64,000 bases of DNA from Sulfurisoma sp. Its GTDB lineage: Bacteria; Pseudomonadota; Gammaproteobacteria; Burkholderiales; Rhodocyclaceae. The stretch lies in assembly GCA_030691075.1 (NCBI GenBank), contig JAUYFI010000187.1, positions 387-64,386 on the forward strand, in the 5' to 3' direction. Shown here piece by piece: positions 9,902 to 19,441 of the stretch. The position numbers were made by a program, and so were the translations under genes. Below the pieces are notes generated by a model. That model had not been told where the DNA came from and did no database searches. It saw only the letters and a list, made by a program, of their open reading frames with translations. The stretch's first letter is position 1. Every line of letters starts with the position of its first letter.

Positions 9902-12001
9902 ATGGCCACGCAAGCACTCGCCCTCGACGGTTTCTTCAGCCGCACCCAACTGCGTCAGCTCGGCGCGCCGGTGCTCATCATCGCCATCCTGTCCATGATG
10001 GTGCTGCCGCTGCCGACGTTCGTGCTTGACGTCTTCTTCACCTTCAACATCGCCATGGCGATCATCGTGCTGCTGGTATCGATGTACGTGATGAGGCCAC
10101 TCGATTTTTCGGTCTTTCCCACCGTGCTGCTGGTGACGACGCTGCTGCGCCTCTCGCTCAACGTCGCCTCGACGCGCGTCGTGCTGCTCGAGGGGCATAC
10201 CGGCCCCGACGCGGCCGGCAAGGTGATCGAGGCTTTCGGTCATTTTCTGGTCGGCGGCAACTATACCGTCGGCATCGTCGTGTTCGTCATCCTGACCCTG
10301 ATCAACTTCGTCGTCATCACCAAGGGCGCCGGCCGCATCGCCGAAGTGGCGGCGCGTTTCACTCTCGATGCCATGCCCGGCAAGCAGATGGCCATCGACG
10401 CCGATCTCAACGCCGGCCTCATCGGCGAGGACGAGGCCCGCCGCCGCCGCAAGGAAGTCGCGCAGGAAGCCGACTTCTACGGCTCGATGGACGGCGCCTC
10501 GAAGTTCGTGCGCGGCGATGCCGTCGCCGGCATCCTGATCCTGCTCATCAACATCATCGGCGGTCTCATCGTCGGCGTCGTCCAGCACGACCTGGATATC
10601 GGCCAGGCGGCGAAGAACTACACCCTGCTGACCATCGGCGACGGCCTCGTCGCGCAGATCCCGGCGCTGATCATCTCCACCGCCGCCGGCCTGGTGGTGA
10701 CGCGCGTCGGCGGCGACGAGCGCGACATCGGCGAGCAGGTTGGCGACCAGGTCTTCGGCAACCCGACAGTACTGATTCTCACCGCCAGCATCCTGGGTAT
10801 TCTCGGTCTGATCCCGGGCATGCCGAATCTGGTGTTTCTGCTGCTGGCCGGGGCGCTGGGCGCCCTGGCCTACTGGATGCTGCAGAATCGGCAGGTGGCG
10901 GCCGAAGGGAAAGCGGCGGCGCCAGCACCCGCCGCCGCTCCGCAGGAAACAGTCGAGGCCAGTTGGGCCGACGTCGCGCCCGTCGACGTGCTGGGCCTGG
11001 AAGTCGGCTACCGTCTGATCCCGCTGGTCGATCGCGGCATCGACGGCGAACTGCTGAAGCGCATTCGCGGCCTGCGCAAGAAGTTCGCGCAGGAGGTCGG
11101 CTTTCTTGCCGCGCCCGTGCATATCCGCGATAACCTCGAGCTCAAGCCCAATGCCTATCGCATCACGCTGAAGGGCGTCGAGATCGGTGCCGGCGAGGCC
11201 TATCCCGGCATGCACCTGGCCATCAATCCGGGCCGCGTCGCCGGCCCGCTGCCCGGTACGTCGACCACCGACCCGGCCTTCGGCCTGCCGGCGGTGTGGA
11301 TCGAGGCGACGCTGCGCGAGCAGGCCCACGCGCTCGGCTACACGGTGGTCGATGCCGGCACGGTGATCGCGACCCACCTCAACCACGTCATCCTGTCGCA
11401 TGCCGCCGAGTTGCTCGGCCGCCAGGAGACGCAGTCGCTGCTCGATCACATTGCCACCGATGCTCCCAAGCTGATCGAGGATCTGGTGCCCAAGCAACTG
11501 TCCCTGTCGGTCGTGCAGCGCGTGTTGCAGAATCTGCTGGACGAGGGTGTCAACATCCGCGACATGCGCACCATCATCGAAACCCTGGCCGAGAACGCGC
11601 CGCGTAGCCAGGACCCGGTGGAATTGACCGCGCAGGTTCGCGTGGCGCTCGGTCGTGCCATCGTGCAGCAACTGTATCCGGGTAATGCCGAATTGCAGGT
11701 GATGGCTCTGGAGCCGGGGCTCGAGCGCATACTCGGCCAGGCTCTGGCTGGCGGTGTGGGCGGTGACGCCAGTGGCATGGAGCCCGGGCTGGCCGACACG
11801 CTGCTGCGCGAGACCGCCACCGCCGCCGGGCGTCAGGAAGAAATCGGCTTACCCGCGGTGCTGCTGGTTCCCGGACAGCTGCGCTGGCTCTTGTCGCGCT
11901 TCCTCCGCCGCGCCTGGCCGAATCTGAAAGTTCTGGCCAACGCCGAGATTCCGGACTCCCGAACCATCAAGGTGACGGCTGTCATCGGAGCCAAGCAATG
12001 A
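9902..12001 (+). CDS. flhA: Flagellar export protein FlhA
   Basis: ARFTLDAMPGKQMAIDADL, FYGSMDGASKFVRGDA. Confidence 0.98.
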   Translation: MATQALALDGFFSRTQLRQLGAPVLIIAILSMMVLPLPTFVLDVFFTFNIAMAIIVLLVSMYVMRPLDFSVFPTVLLVTTLLRLSLNVASTRVVLLEGHTGPDAAGKVIEAFGHFLVGGNYTVGIVVFVILTLINFVVITKGAGRIAEVAARFTLDAMPGKQMAIDADLNAGLIGEDEARRRRKEVAQEADFYGSMDGASKFVRGDAVAGILILLINIIGGLIVGVVQHDLDIGQAAKNYTLLTIGDGLVAQIPALIISTAAGLVVTRVGGDERDIGEQVGDQVFGNPTVLILTASILGILGLIPGMPNLVFLLLAGALGALAYWMLQNRQVAAEGKAAAPAPAAAPQETVEASWADVAPVDVLGLEVGYRLIPLVDRGIDGELLKRIRGLRKKFAQEVGFLAAPVHIRDNLELKPNAYRITLKGVEIGAGEAYPGMHLAINPGRVAGPLPGTSTTDPAFGLPAVWIEATLREQAHALGYTVVDAGTVIATHLNHVILSHAAELLGRQETQSLLDHIATDAPKLIEDLVPKQLSLSVVQRVLQNLLDEGVNIRDMRTIIETLAENAPRSQDPVELTAQVRVALGRAIVQQLYPGNAELQVMALEPGLERILGQALAGGVGGDASGMEPGLADTLLRETATAAGRQEEIGLPAVLLVPGQLRWLLSRFLRRAWPNLKVLANAEIPDSRTIKVTAVIGAKQ

Positions 12002-12029
12002 TCACCGACCCCAACGAGAAGAGGGTGCC

Positions 12030-13493
12030 ATGACCGTCAAGAAATACGTTGCCGCGAATGCCCGCGAGGCCCTGCGCCGCGCCAAGCAGGACATCGGGGC
12101 GGATGCCATCGTCGTTTCCAACAGGGCTGTCGCGGAGGGCGTCGAGATCGTGGCGATGTCGGCCGACAGCCTCGATGCCCTGTCGCGGCAGCCCTCGTTC
12201 CGGCCCGCCGCGCCGCAGCCGACCGCGTCCGCGCCGCAATCGAGCCCGGCCAACAGCGCGCGCGCCGTTTCGCCGGAGCCGGGTGTCGGGGATGACTATA
12301 CGGTCAGTCTTTCCGGCAAGGCGCGCGCCCAGGCCCCGTTCCGGCCGTGGCAGCCGGCCGCCGTGGCCTCGACGGCGCCTGCCACCGCCGTGCCGGAGCG
12401 GCCACGGATGCGGCCCCTGCCCGAGCGTGCCACGAGCGAAGTACACAATGACGACGCCCGGAAGGAAGTCCCCTTGGGGGATGCCGAGCGGCTGCGCGGT
12501 TATCTCGATCAGGGAACCCCGCCCGGTCGCCGCGGCGATGTGTCGACAGATCAACTGCTGGCCGAGATGCATGCGATCAAGTCCTTGCTCGAGCGCCAGC
12601 TTGGCGGCTTTGCCTGGGGCGATCTCGCGCGCGAATCGCCGGCGCGGGCGATGCTGCTGGCCGAGATGCTCGACGCCGGTTTCTCCGGCGAGCTGGCCCG
12701 CCACCTGATCGAGGGCATGCCGCCCGATCTCTCGGCCGAGGCCGGACGCAAGTGGCTGCTGGCCGGCATCAACCGCCGCCTGCGCACGCTCGCCAGCGAT
12801 TCCGACATCATCGACCGCGGCGGCGTCTTCGCCCTGGTCGGCCCCACCGGCGTCGGCAAGACCACGACGACGGCCAAACTCGCGGCGCGCTGCGTCGTGC
12901 GCTACGGCGCCGACCGTCTGGCCTTGCTCACCACCGACTCCTACCGCATCGGCGCCCACGAGCAACTGCGCATCTACGGCCGCATCCTCGGTGTGCCGGT
13001 GCATGTGGTGCGCGACAGCGACGACCTGCGTCGTACCCTGCACGAGTTGCGCGACAAGCACATGGTGCTGATCGACACCGTCGGCATGAGCCAGCGCGAC
13101 CGCATGGTAGCCGAGCAGGCGGCGATGCTGATGCGCGCCGGCGAAGTCAGTCGCATCCTGTTGCTCAATGCCACCAGTCGTGGCGACACCCTCGACGACG
13201 TGATCCGTTCATATGCTGGCGAGGATCTCGCGGGAACGATCCTGACAAAAATCGACGAGGCGGCCTCGCTCGCCCCGGCGCTCGACGCCGTGGTGCGCCA
13301 CGGCCTGCTGTTGACCCATGTCGCCAACGGCCAGCGCGTGCCCGAGGACCTGCACCTGCCCAACCGCAGCTACCTGCTGCACCGCGCCTTCAAGCTGCCG
13401 GCGGTCGAATCGCCGCACCGTCTGCGCGAGGAGGAGGTGGGCCTGAGCCTGCCGCAAGCCAAGGCGGGTGGATTGCGAGCTTCCCTTGTCTGA
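12030..13493 (+). CDS. flhF: SRP-type GTPase FlhF
   Basis: GPTGVGKTTT, DSYR, DTVG, TKIDE, NGQRVPEDL; follows flhA. Confidence 0.96.
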   Translation: MTVKKYVAANAREALRRAKQDIGADAIVVSNRAVAEGVEIVAMSADSLDALSRQPSFRPAAPQPTASAPQSSPANSARAVSPEPGVGDDYTVSLSGKARAQAPFRPWQPAAVASTAPATAVPERPRMRPLPERATSEVHNDDARKEVPLGDAERLRGYLDQGTPPGRRGDVSTDQLLAEMHAIKSLLERQLGGFAWGDLARESPARAMLLAEMLDAGFSGELARHLIEGMPPDLSAEAGRKWLLAGINRRLRTLASDSDIIDRGGVFALVGPTGVGKTTTTAKLAARCVVRYGADRLALLTTDSYRIGAHEQLRIYGRILGVPVHVVRDSDDLRRTLHELRDKHMVLIDTVGMSQRDRMVAEQAAMLMRAGEVSRILLLNATSRGDTLDDVIRSYAGEDLAGTILTKIDEAASLAPALDAVVRHGLLLTHVANGQRVPEDLHLPNRSYLLHRAFKLPAVESPHRLREEEVGLSLPQAKAGGLRASLV

Positions 13494-14313
13494 ACTGGCC
13501 TGGCACGGCGATCAGGCCGCCGGTCTGCGCCGCCTCTTCGGCAGCCGCTCTCCGCAGATAGTGGCTTTTGCCTCGGGGCGCGAAGCCTGCGGCCGCACCA
13601 CGCTGGTGGTGCAGACGGCGGCGGCGCTGGCGCAGCAGGGGCAGGGCGTGGTTATCGTCGACGAGAATGGCTCGCCCAACAACACCGTCGCCGCCTTCGG
13701 CCTCACGGCGCGTTACGACCTGATGCACGCGGTGAATGGCACGCGCGCGTTGCGCCAGATCGAGCTGGCCGCCGCGCCGCTGCTGCGCATCGTCCCGGCG
13801 GCGCGCGCCGCGCGCGAGCTCGATCACCTCGATTCCGATACGCGGCTGCGCCTGTCAGACTGCGTCGAGCAACTACAGGAGGGCGCGAATTTCGTTCTGA
13901 TCGACTGCGCCACGCGGCGCGGTGGCCATCTCTCGGCACTGGCGCGCGCCGCCAGGCATCTGACCGTGGTGGTGGCGGCGCAGAGCAGCGCCATCACCCA
14001 TGCCTACGCGCTGATCAAGCGCATCGCCCAGGATCGCATCCATGGCGGCTTCCAGATCGCCATCACGCGGGCACGCTCGCATGAAGAGGCGCGGGCGATT
14101 TTCGAGAACATGCGGCGGGTGGCCGCCGACCATCTCGGTGTGCGGCTCGATTATCTGGGCGACGCGCGGGTGCCGGTAACCGAGCATCTGGCCGATGCGC
14201 TGCGACACAAGCTGCCGGCGCTTGCCGACGGCGCGGCGAGTGGGCCCGGGCTCGATGGCGACGGGCTCTGGGATGAAGCCCGCGCCGGGAGCCTGGCGGA
14301 AACGATGGTATAG
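13486..14313 (+). CDS. flhG: MinD-like flagellar number regulator FlhG/FleN with a degenerate P-loop
   Basis: DQAAGLR N-terminal motif; AITHAYALIK; located between flhF and fliA; TTG start uncertain. Confidence 0.85.
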   Translation: MSELAWHGDQAAGLRRLFGSRSPQIVAFASGREACGRTTLVVQTAAALAQQGQGVVIVDENGSPNNTVAAFGLTARYDLMHAVNGTRALRQIELAAAPLLRIVPAARAARELDHLDSDTRLRLSDCVEQLQEGANFVLIDCATRRGGHLSALARAARHLTVVVAAQSSAITHAYALIKRIAQDRIHGGFQIAITRARSHEEARAIFENMRRVAADHLGVRLDYLGDARVPVTEHLADALRHKLPALADGAASGPGLDGDGLWDEARAGSLAETMV

Positions 14314-14353
14314 TTTGCCGCAGCCACCGCCTCTCCGTGCCCACACCGTCTCG

Positions 14354-15121
14354 ATGTACACGCCACAGGGTTCCCTCGACAAGGGACAGCTGATTACGCA
14401 ACATGCCCCCCTCGTCAAGCGCTTGGCCTTTCACCTGATGGCCAAGCTGCCGGCGAGCGTTCAGGTCGACGATCTGATCCAGAATGGCATGATCGGCCTG
14501 CTCGACGCGCTCGGCCGCTTCGAGGAAGGCCTGGGCGCCCAGTTCGAGACCTATGCAGTGCAGCGCATCCGCGGCGCCATGCTCGACGGCCTGCGCGAGA
14601 ACGACTGGCTGCCGCGCGGCGTGCGCCGCGAAATGCGCCGTGTCGATTCCGCTATCCAGCAACTCGAGCACCAGCTCGGGCGTCAGCCTTCCGAGCAGGA
14701 ACTCGCCGAGTCGCTCGGCATGCCGCTGGCCGAATACCAGAAGCTGTTGCAGGACGCCCGCGGCCACCAGTTGATCCACCTCGAGGATCTGACTGCGGAC
14801 GATGGGGAGGACTACCTCGAGCGCCATGCCAGCGGCCCGAGCCAGGACCCGCTGGCCGTGCTGGAGGAAGCGAGCATGCGCCAGGCGCTGGTTGCCGCCA
14901 TCGCCGCTCTGCCCGAGCGCGAAAAGATGGTGATGGCCCTCTACTACGAGCAGGACCTCAATCTGCGCGAGATCGGCGAAGTCATGGAAGTCACCGAATC
15001 GCGTGTCTGCCAGCTGCACAGCCAGGCCGTGGCGCGACTGCGCGCCGCCGTGGTCGTCGGCGACGAGGCGCCGCTGAAGAAGCGCCGCGGCCGCCCGCCC
15101 AAGGTCAAAGAGGTAGCGTAG
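14354..15121 (+). CDS. fliA: Flagellar sigma factor FliA (sigma28)
   Basis: DDLIQNGMIGLLDA, RIRGAMLDGLRENDW, VTESRVCQLHSQA. Confidence 0.97.
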   Translation: MYTPQGSLDKGQLITQHAPLVKRLAFHLMAKLPASVQVDDLIQNGMIGLLDALGRFEEGLGAQFETYAVQRIRGAMLDGLRENDWLPRGVRREMRRVDSAIQQLEHQLGRQPSEQELAESLGMPLAEYQKLLQDARGHQLIHLEDLTADDGEDYLERHASGPSQDPLAVLEEASMRQALVAAIAALPEREKMVMALYYEQDLNLREIGEVMEVTESRVCQLHSQAVARLRAAVVVGDEAPLKKRRGRPPKVKEVA

Positions 15122-15126
15122 CCTTC

Positions 15127-15867
15127 ATGGACAAGATCAGTATCCTCGGCCTCGCGCTCGGCCTCGGCACCATCCTGATCGGCCAGGTGCTGGAAGGTGG
15201 CCATGTCGGCTCGCTGGTCCAGCCGACGGCCTTGCTGATCGTGATCGGCGGCACGCTCGGCGCCGTCATGCTGCAAAGCCCATACAGCGTCTTCGTGACC
15301 GGCATGCGCATGGTGCGCTGGGTGTTCTTCCCGCCGGTGACGGCACCGCGGCAACTGATCGACCAGATTGCCAACTGGAGCCATCTCGCGCGGAAGGAAG
15401 GGCTCCTCTCGCTCGAGGCGCAGATGGGCTTGCTCGACGACCCCTTCGCCAGGAAGGGCCTGCAACTGCTGGTCGATGGCGCCGAGCCCGACCGCCTGCG
15501 CGAGGTGCTCGAGGTCGACATCGCCTCCTACGAGGCGCAGCTCAAGCTCTCGGCCAAGGTGTGGGAATCGGCCGGCGGCTATTCGCCGACCATCGGCATT
15601 CTCGGCGCGGTGATGGGCCTGATCCATGTGATGGAAAATCTCTCCGACCCGTCCAAGCTCGGCGCCGGCATCGCCGTCGCCTTCGTCGCCACCATCTACG
15701 GCGTCGGCGCGGCCAACCTCATCTTTCTGCCGGTCGCCAAGAAACTGCTGGCCAACATCTCGCGCCTGGTGGCCATGCGCGAGATGCTGCTCGACGGCCT
15801 CGTCGGCATCGCCAACGGGGATAACCCGCGCATCATCGAGAGCCGGCTGCAAGGCTACATCGTCTGA
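15127..15867 (+). CDS. motA: Flagellar stator A subunit (MotA/MotC type)
   Basis: GYSPTIGILGAVMGL, AFVATIYG; hydrophobic TM segments. Confidence 0.93.
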   Translation: MDKISILGLALGLGTILIGQVLEGGHVGSLVQPTALLIVIGGTLGAVMLQSPYSVFVTGMRMVRWVFFPPVTAPRQLIDQIANWSHLARKEGLLSLEAQMGLLDDPFARKGLQLLVDGAEPDRLREVLEVDIASYEAQLKLSAKVWESAGGYSPTIGILGAVMGLIHVMENLSDPSKLGAGIAVAFVATIYGVGAANLIFLPVAKKLLANISRLVAMREMLLDGLVGIANGDNPRIIESRLQGYIV

Positions 15868-15873
15868 CCCCCC

Positions 15874-16674
15874 ATGGCGCACCACCGCCGCCGTCGCGCC
15901 GAGGATGAGCACGAAAACCACGAGCGCTGGCTGGTGTCGTATGCCGACTTCATCACCCTGCTGTTTGCTTTTTTTGTCGTGATGTACGCGATTTCCTCTG
16001 TCAACGATGGCAAATACCGCGTGCTGTCCGACACCATGGCCTCGGCCTTCCGCGGCATTCCCGGTTCTGCCTCCGGCGCCCTGGTGCAGGTCAATCCCAA
16101 TGCGCCGTCGGCCATCGCGATCCCCGTGCGCAAGAACCCGGCGCAGCTCAAGGTCGAGGAGAACAAGCGTCAGAACAAGGAAAAGATGCGCAACATGGCC
16201 AAGGAGTTGATGGAGGCGCTGGGGCCGTTGGTGCAAAACGGCCAGGTGCGCGTGACCGAAGGTGCCATGGGCATCACCATCGAAATCAATGCCAGCGTGC
16301 TGTTCGCCACCGGCGAGGCACGCCTTGACCTTGCCGCCGTGCGCGCGCTGGCCGCCGTGGCGCAGATACTGGCGCCAACGGAGTTTCCCGTCACCGTCGA
16401 GGGACACACCGACAACGCGCCGATCGGCACGCCGCAGTTTCCCTCCAACTGGGAGCTTTCCGGCGCCCGCGCCGCCAGTGTGGTGCGGCTGTTCATCGAC
16501 AGCGGCGTCGATGCGCGGCGGATGACCGCGCTTGGTTTCGCCGATCAGCGTCCCGTGGCCGACAACGCGGTGCCCGATGGCCGGCAGCGCAACCGCCGCG
16601 TCGCCATCAACATCGAGGCCAACGTACCCGACAAGGTGGTGGAAGTCCCGGTGGATGGCGGTGCGGCAAGGTAA
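15874..16674 (+). CDS. motB: Flagellar stator B subunit (MotB/MotD type)
   Basis: WLVSYADFITLLFAFF; OmpA-like EGHTD...SNWELS..RA...NRRV. Confidence 0.93.
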   Translation: MAHHRRRRAEDEHENHERWLVSYADFITLLFAFFVVMYAISSVNDGKYRVLSDTMASAFRGIPGSASGALVQVNPNAPSAIAIPVRKNPAQLKVEENKRQNKEKMRNMAKELMEALGPLVQNGQVRVTEGAMGITIEINASVLFATGEARLDLAAVRALAAVAQILAPTEFPVTVEGHTDNAPIGTPQFPSNWELSGARAASVVRLFIDSGVDARRMTALGFADQRPVADNAVPDGRQRNRRVAINIEANVPDKVVEVPVDGGAAR

Positions 16675-16692
16675 CGCCGCAAGACCCGCGGC

Positions 16693-17187
16693 TCAGGCCG
16701 AGCCGAGAATTCGGCCGGTGCCGCCAGGGCGCGCCAGGGTCTGGCCGTCGGGGCCGTAGGTCATCATGGCCTGTTCGGTTGCCCCCATCAGTGCGGCCAA
16801 TGCCTGCTGATTGTGCTGCAGGCGGGTGCCGATCAGTTTGCCGTTGAGTTCGTTGAGGCTCCTGGCTTCGGCGGCCAGCGGCAGCAGTTCCCGCCAATTT
16901 CTTTGTGCCGTGGCGTCGGTGGGGGGGGCGGCGAGCCAGGCATCCATGCCGGCACGGCCGACGGGCAGCTTGAATCCCGCCAAAGCCGCCTCGCGACGTT
17001 TGGCGCAATCGGTGAGGCGTGTCGCCAGCCCCGACTTTTTTTCGATGAGCGCGGCAATGCTGTCGGCCTTGCCCTCGACGAGCGTGGTTTGCTCTTCCTT
17101 GAGAATCGCGACGAACTCGCGCACCGCGCCGAGTTCGTCGGCGAGGATGCCCGCAATCGACTGGGCTGGCAGGGGAACGGATACCAC
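16693..17187 (-). CDS. flgN: Flagellar chaperone FlgN
   Basis: LNELNGKLI...YGPDG; downstream of flgM; GTG start after GGAGGAG. Confidence 0.9.
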   Translation of the reverse strand: MVSVPLPAQSIAGILADELGAVREFVAILKEEQTTLVEGKADSIAALIEKKSGLATRLTDCAKRREAALAGFKLPVGRAGMDAWLAAPPTDATAQRNWRELLPLAAEARSLNELNGKLIGTRLQHNQQALAALMGATEQAMMTYGPDGQTLARPGGTGRILGSA

Positions 17188-17188
17188 C

Positions 17189-17269
17189 TTAATCTCCTCC
17201 CGGGCTGACGCAGGAACGGCGGCGCCCTTCCGCGGGGGACGGCGAACGAACGTGAGCGTGGGGGGGCAC
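17189..17269 (-). repeat. Junction element A, copy 2 (26-aa mini-ORF between flgM and flgN; divergent 3' half)
   Basis: GTG 4 nt after the flgM stop; CCCCCACGCTCACGTTCGTTCGCCGTCCCCC core; TAA 1 nt before the flgN GTG. Confidence 0.7.
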
Positions 17270-17273
17270 CTAC

Positions 17274-17573
17274 CTACCTACGCTGGCCCAGCATCTCGCG
17301 CACGCTCTGCAACAATTCGTCGGCGATGCGCTCGGGGTTGACGCTGAAACGCCCTTCGGCGATAGCCTGCTTGATTTCGGCGACGCGGGCAGCATCGACG
17401 GGCGCATCCGCCGTCATTTCGGCGCCGATGACCTGCAGCCGTGCCGAAAGCGACGAAATATCGACGCGCGCGGCGCTACCCGATTCGGGCTGGCGTGGTG
17501 CGTCGTTGGCAGTGGCCGGGCGCTTGGACGCAACCGACGTGCCGACTGACTTGACTCCGCTATCGATCTTCAC
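17274..17573 (-). CDS. flgM: Anti-sigma28 factor FlgM
   Basis: VDAARVAEIKQAIAEGRFSVNPERIAD. Confidence 0.94.
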   Translation of the reverse strand: MKIDSGVKSVGTSVASKRPATANDAPRQPESGSAARVDISSLSARLQVIGAEMTADAPVDAARVAEIKQAIAEGRFSVNPERIADELLQSVREMLGQRR

Positions 17574-17627
17574 GATGGACTTCCTTCTTCAAGTTCCTGA
17601 GGGCAAAAGCCTCGCTACCTGAAGCTC

Positions 17628-17654
17628 TTATCGGCATCCTAACAGGAAACTTGA
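17628..17654 (-). promoter_or_regulatory. sigma28 promoter of flgMN
   Basis: TCAAG-N14-GCCGATAA on the minus strand. Confidence 0.85.
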
Positions 17655-17693
17655 GCCAGCCGATCATCTTATTAGAGCCCTGATTCTGCTCGA

Positions 17694-18380
17694 CTAATAG
17701 TTTACTTCCACGGTGCCGCCGGCCCGGGCAACGCCGCTCACCACCTGGCCGTTGGCCAGTCGCACCTGCACCACCTGGCCTTCGACGGCGTTGGTCAGCG
17801 CGCGGCCCTCGTTGGCCACGGCAAACCCGGCGCCCTTGGCGACGACCTTCACGCTCTGGTTCTGCTGCACCACCACGGCCTGGCGCAGCATGTCGCCGCG
17901 CAGCGGCCGGCCGGCGGGCAGCGCCATGGCCAGCGTGCGGCCGACAGCCTGGCCCGGGTCGGTGAGGATGCCGTTCGGCATCTCGGTGAGGTCACCGTGT
18001 TGCCTGGCCAGATCGGCGTCCTGCAGCATCTGTCCCTGCCCAAGAGGCCGGGCTGTAACCAGATAGTCACCACTTACTTTTATGTGGACCGGCACGAAAA
18101 GGCTCCAGCCGCCCTCGGCCTGGCAGCGGACCGACACCTGGGTGCGACCCCAGGGGCGGGCGCCCGGTGGCATGGCGACGTCGAAGCTCGGGCAGGAAAC
18201 AAGCTGATTGTTCGGGTCGATGGTGCCGACGCTGAAGGTCGCCTGTCCCGGCAGGCCCTTGACCTGGACACGGAGAAAATTCTCGACCGCCCGCTTTACG
18301 GGAGCGGGGTCCTGGCGGGCGAAGGCGTTTGTCGCCAAGGCGGCGGCAAGGAACAGAAACAGCAGGCGAAATAGGTGCAT
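17694..18380 (-). CDS. flgA: P-ring assembly chaperone FlgA
   Basis: Signal peptide, SAF-like domain, EGRAL...GQVVQVR; divergent from flgB. Confidence 0.92.
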   Translation of the reverse strand: MHLFRLLFLFLAAALATNAFARQDPAPVKRAVENFLRVQVKGLPGQATFSVGTIDPNNQLVSCPSFDVAMPPGARPWGRTQVSVRCQAEGGWSLFVPVHIKVSGDYLVTARPLGQGQMLQDADLARQHGDLTEMPNGILTDPGQAVGRTLAMALPAGRPLRGDMLRQAVVVQQNQSVKVVAKGAGFAVANEGRALTNAVEGQVVQVRLANGQVVSGVARAGGTVEVNY

Positions 18381-18455
18381 GACAGGATTCAACCATGGGT
18401 TGGGCATGATCAGCAAGGCGTATGCCCGTGGCGCTGGCAGCCGTCCGCGCCGTGC

Positions 18456-18470
18456 CGGCAAGTTTTGCCG
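18456..18470. promoter_or_regulatory. CGGCAA-N3-TTGCCG putative enhancer site
   Basis: CGGCAAGTTTTGCCG, about 85 nt upstream of the flgB sigma54 site. Confidence 0.6.
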
Positions 18471-18555
18471 AGCGCGAGCCCACCTTGCCGGCAAGCGCGC
18501 GACTCAGGTGGGGGGGGCACGGCCATTTCGAGTCGCACGGGAGAAAACGGCGGGC

Positions 18556-18571
18556 TGGCACGGCACGTGCA
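18556..18571 (+). promoter_or_regulatory. sigma54 promoter of the flgB operon
   Basis: TGGCACGGCACGTGCA with GG-N10-GC spacing. Confidence 0.75.
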
Positions 18572-18613
18572 TTACGGCAGTACCCGAAACAACTTTAGGC
18601 AATTCCGGCCACC

Positions 18614-19024
18614 ATGATCGACCGCATCGACCGCGAAATCGGCTTCCAGCGTACCGCGCTCAACCTGCGCAGCTATCGTCAGGAAATGCTGGCCTCGAAC
18701 ATCGCCAATGCCGACACGCCGCACTACAAGGCGCGGGACATCGATTTCAAGTCGGCGCTCAATGCCGCGCTGTCCGGCAAGAACGAGGGCTCGGTGGCGC
18801 TGGCGCGCACCCAGGCGGGACATCTGCCGGGCTCCGACGATGCCAGCCCCAACGGTGCCGCACTGCGCTACCGCGGCGAATACCAGGGCGCGGTCGACGG
18901 CAACACGGTGAACATGGACATCGAGCGCGCCGCCTTTGCCGAGAATGCGTTGCAGACCGAAGCCATGCTGACCTTCATCAGCAGCCGCTTCCGCTCGCTT
19001 TCCAGTGCGATCCAGGGACAGTAA
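18614..19024 (+). CDS. flgB: Basal-body rod protein FlgB
   Basis: [25 protein letters not shown]. Confidence 0.97.
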   Translation: MIDRIDREIGFQRTALNLRSYRQEMLASNIANADTPHYKARDIDFKSALNAALSGKNEGSVALARTQAGHLPGSDDASPNGAALRYRGEYQGAVDGNTVNMDIERAAFAENALQTEAMLTFISSRFRSLSSAIQGQ

Positions 19025-19028
19025 CGTC

Positions 19029-19430
19029 ATGAGCGTCCTCAACGTCTTCCACATTGCCGGTTCCGCGCTGACCGCGCAGTCCGCCCGGCTCAATGCCGTG
19101 GCGAGCAACCTCGCCAACGCCGACAGCGTCGTCGGCGCCGACGGCCAACCCTACCGCGCCAAGCAGGTTGTTTTCAAGGCCTCGGCCGTCGAGGGTGGCG
19201 GCCTGGGGGTGCGCGTGACGCAGGTGGTCGACAGCGCCGCGCCGCTGCGCATGCAGTACGACCCGGCCAATCCGGCGGCCAACGAGCAGGGCTACGTCGC
19301 CATGCCCAACGTCAACGTGGTCGACGAGATGGTGAACATGATCTCTGCCTCGCGCGCCTACCAGAACAACGCCGAAGTGATGAACACCGCCAAGAGTCTG
19401 ATGCAGAAGACCCTGGCGATCGGACAATAA
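19029..19430 (+). CDS. flgC: Basal-body rod protein FlgC
   Basis: [30 protein letters not shown]. Confidence 0.97.
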   Translation: MSVLNVFHIAGSALTAQSARLNAVASNLANADSVVGADGQPYRAKQVVFKASAVEGGGLGVRVTQVVDSAAPLRMQYDPANPAANEQGYVAMPNVNVVDEMVNMISASRAYQNNAEVMNTAKSLMQKTLAIGQ

Positions 19431-19441
19431 GGAGAAACGAC

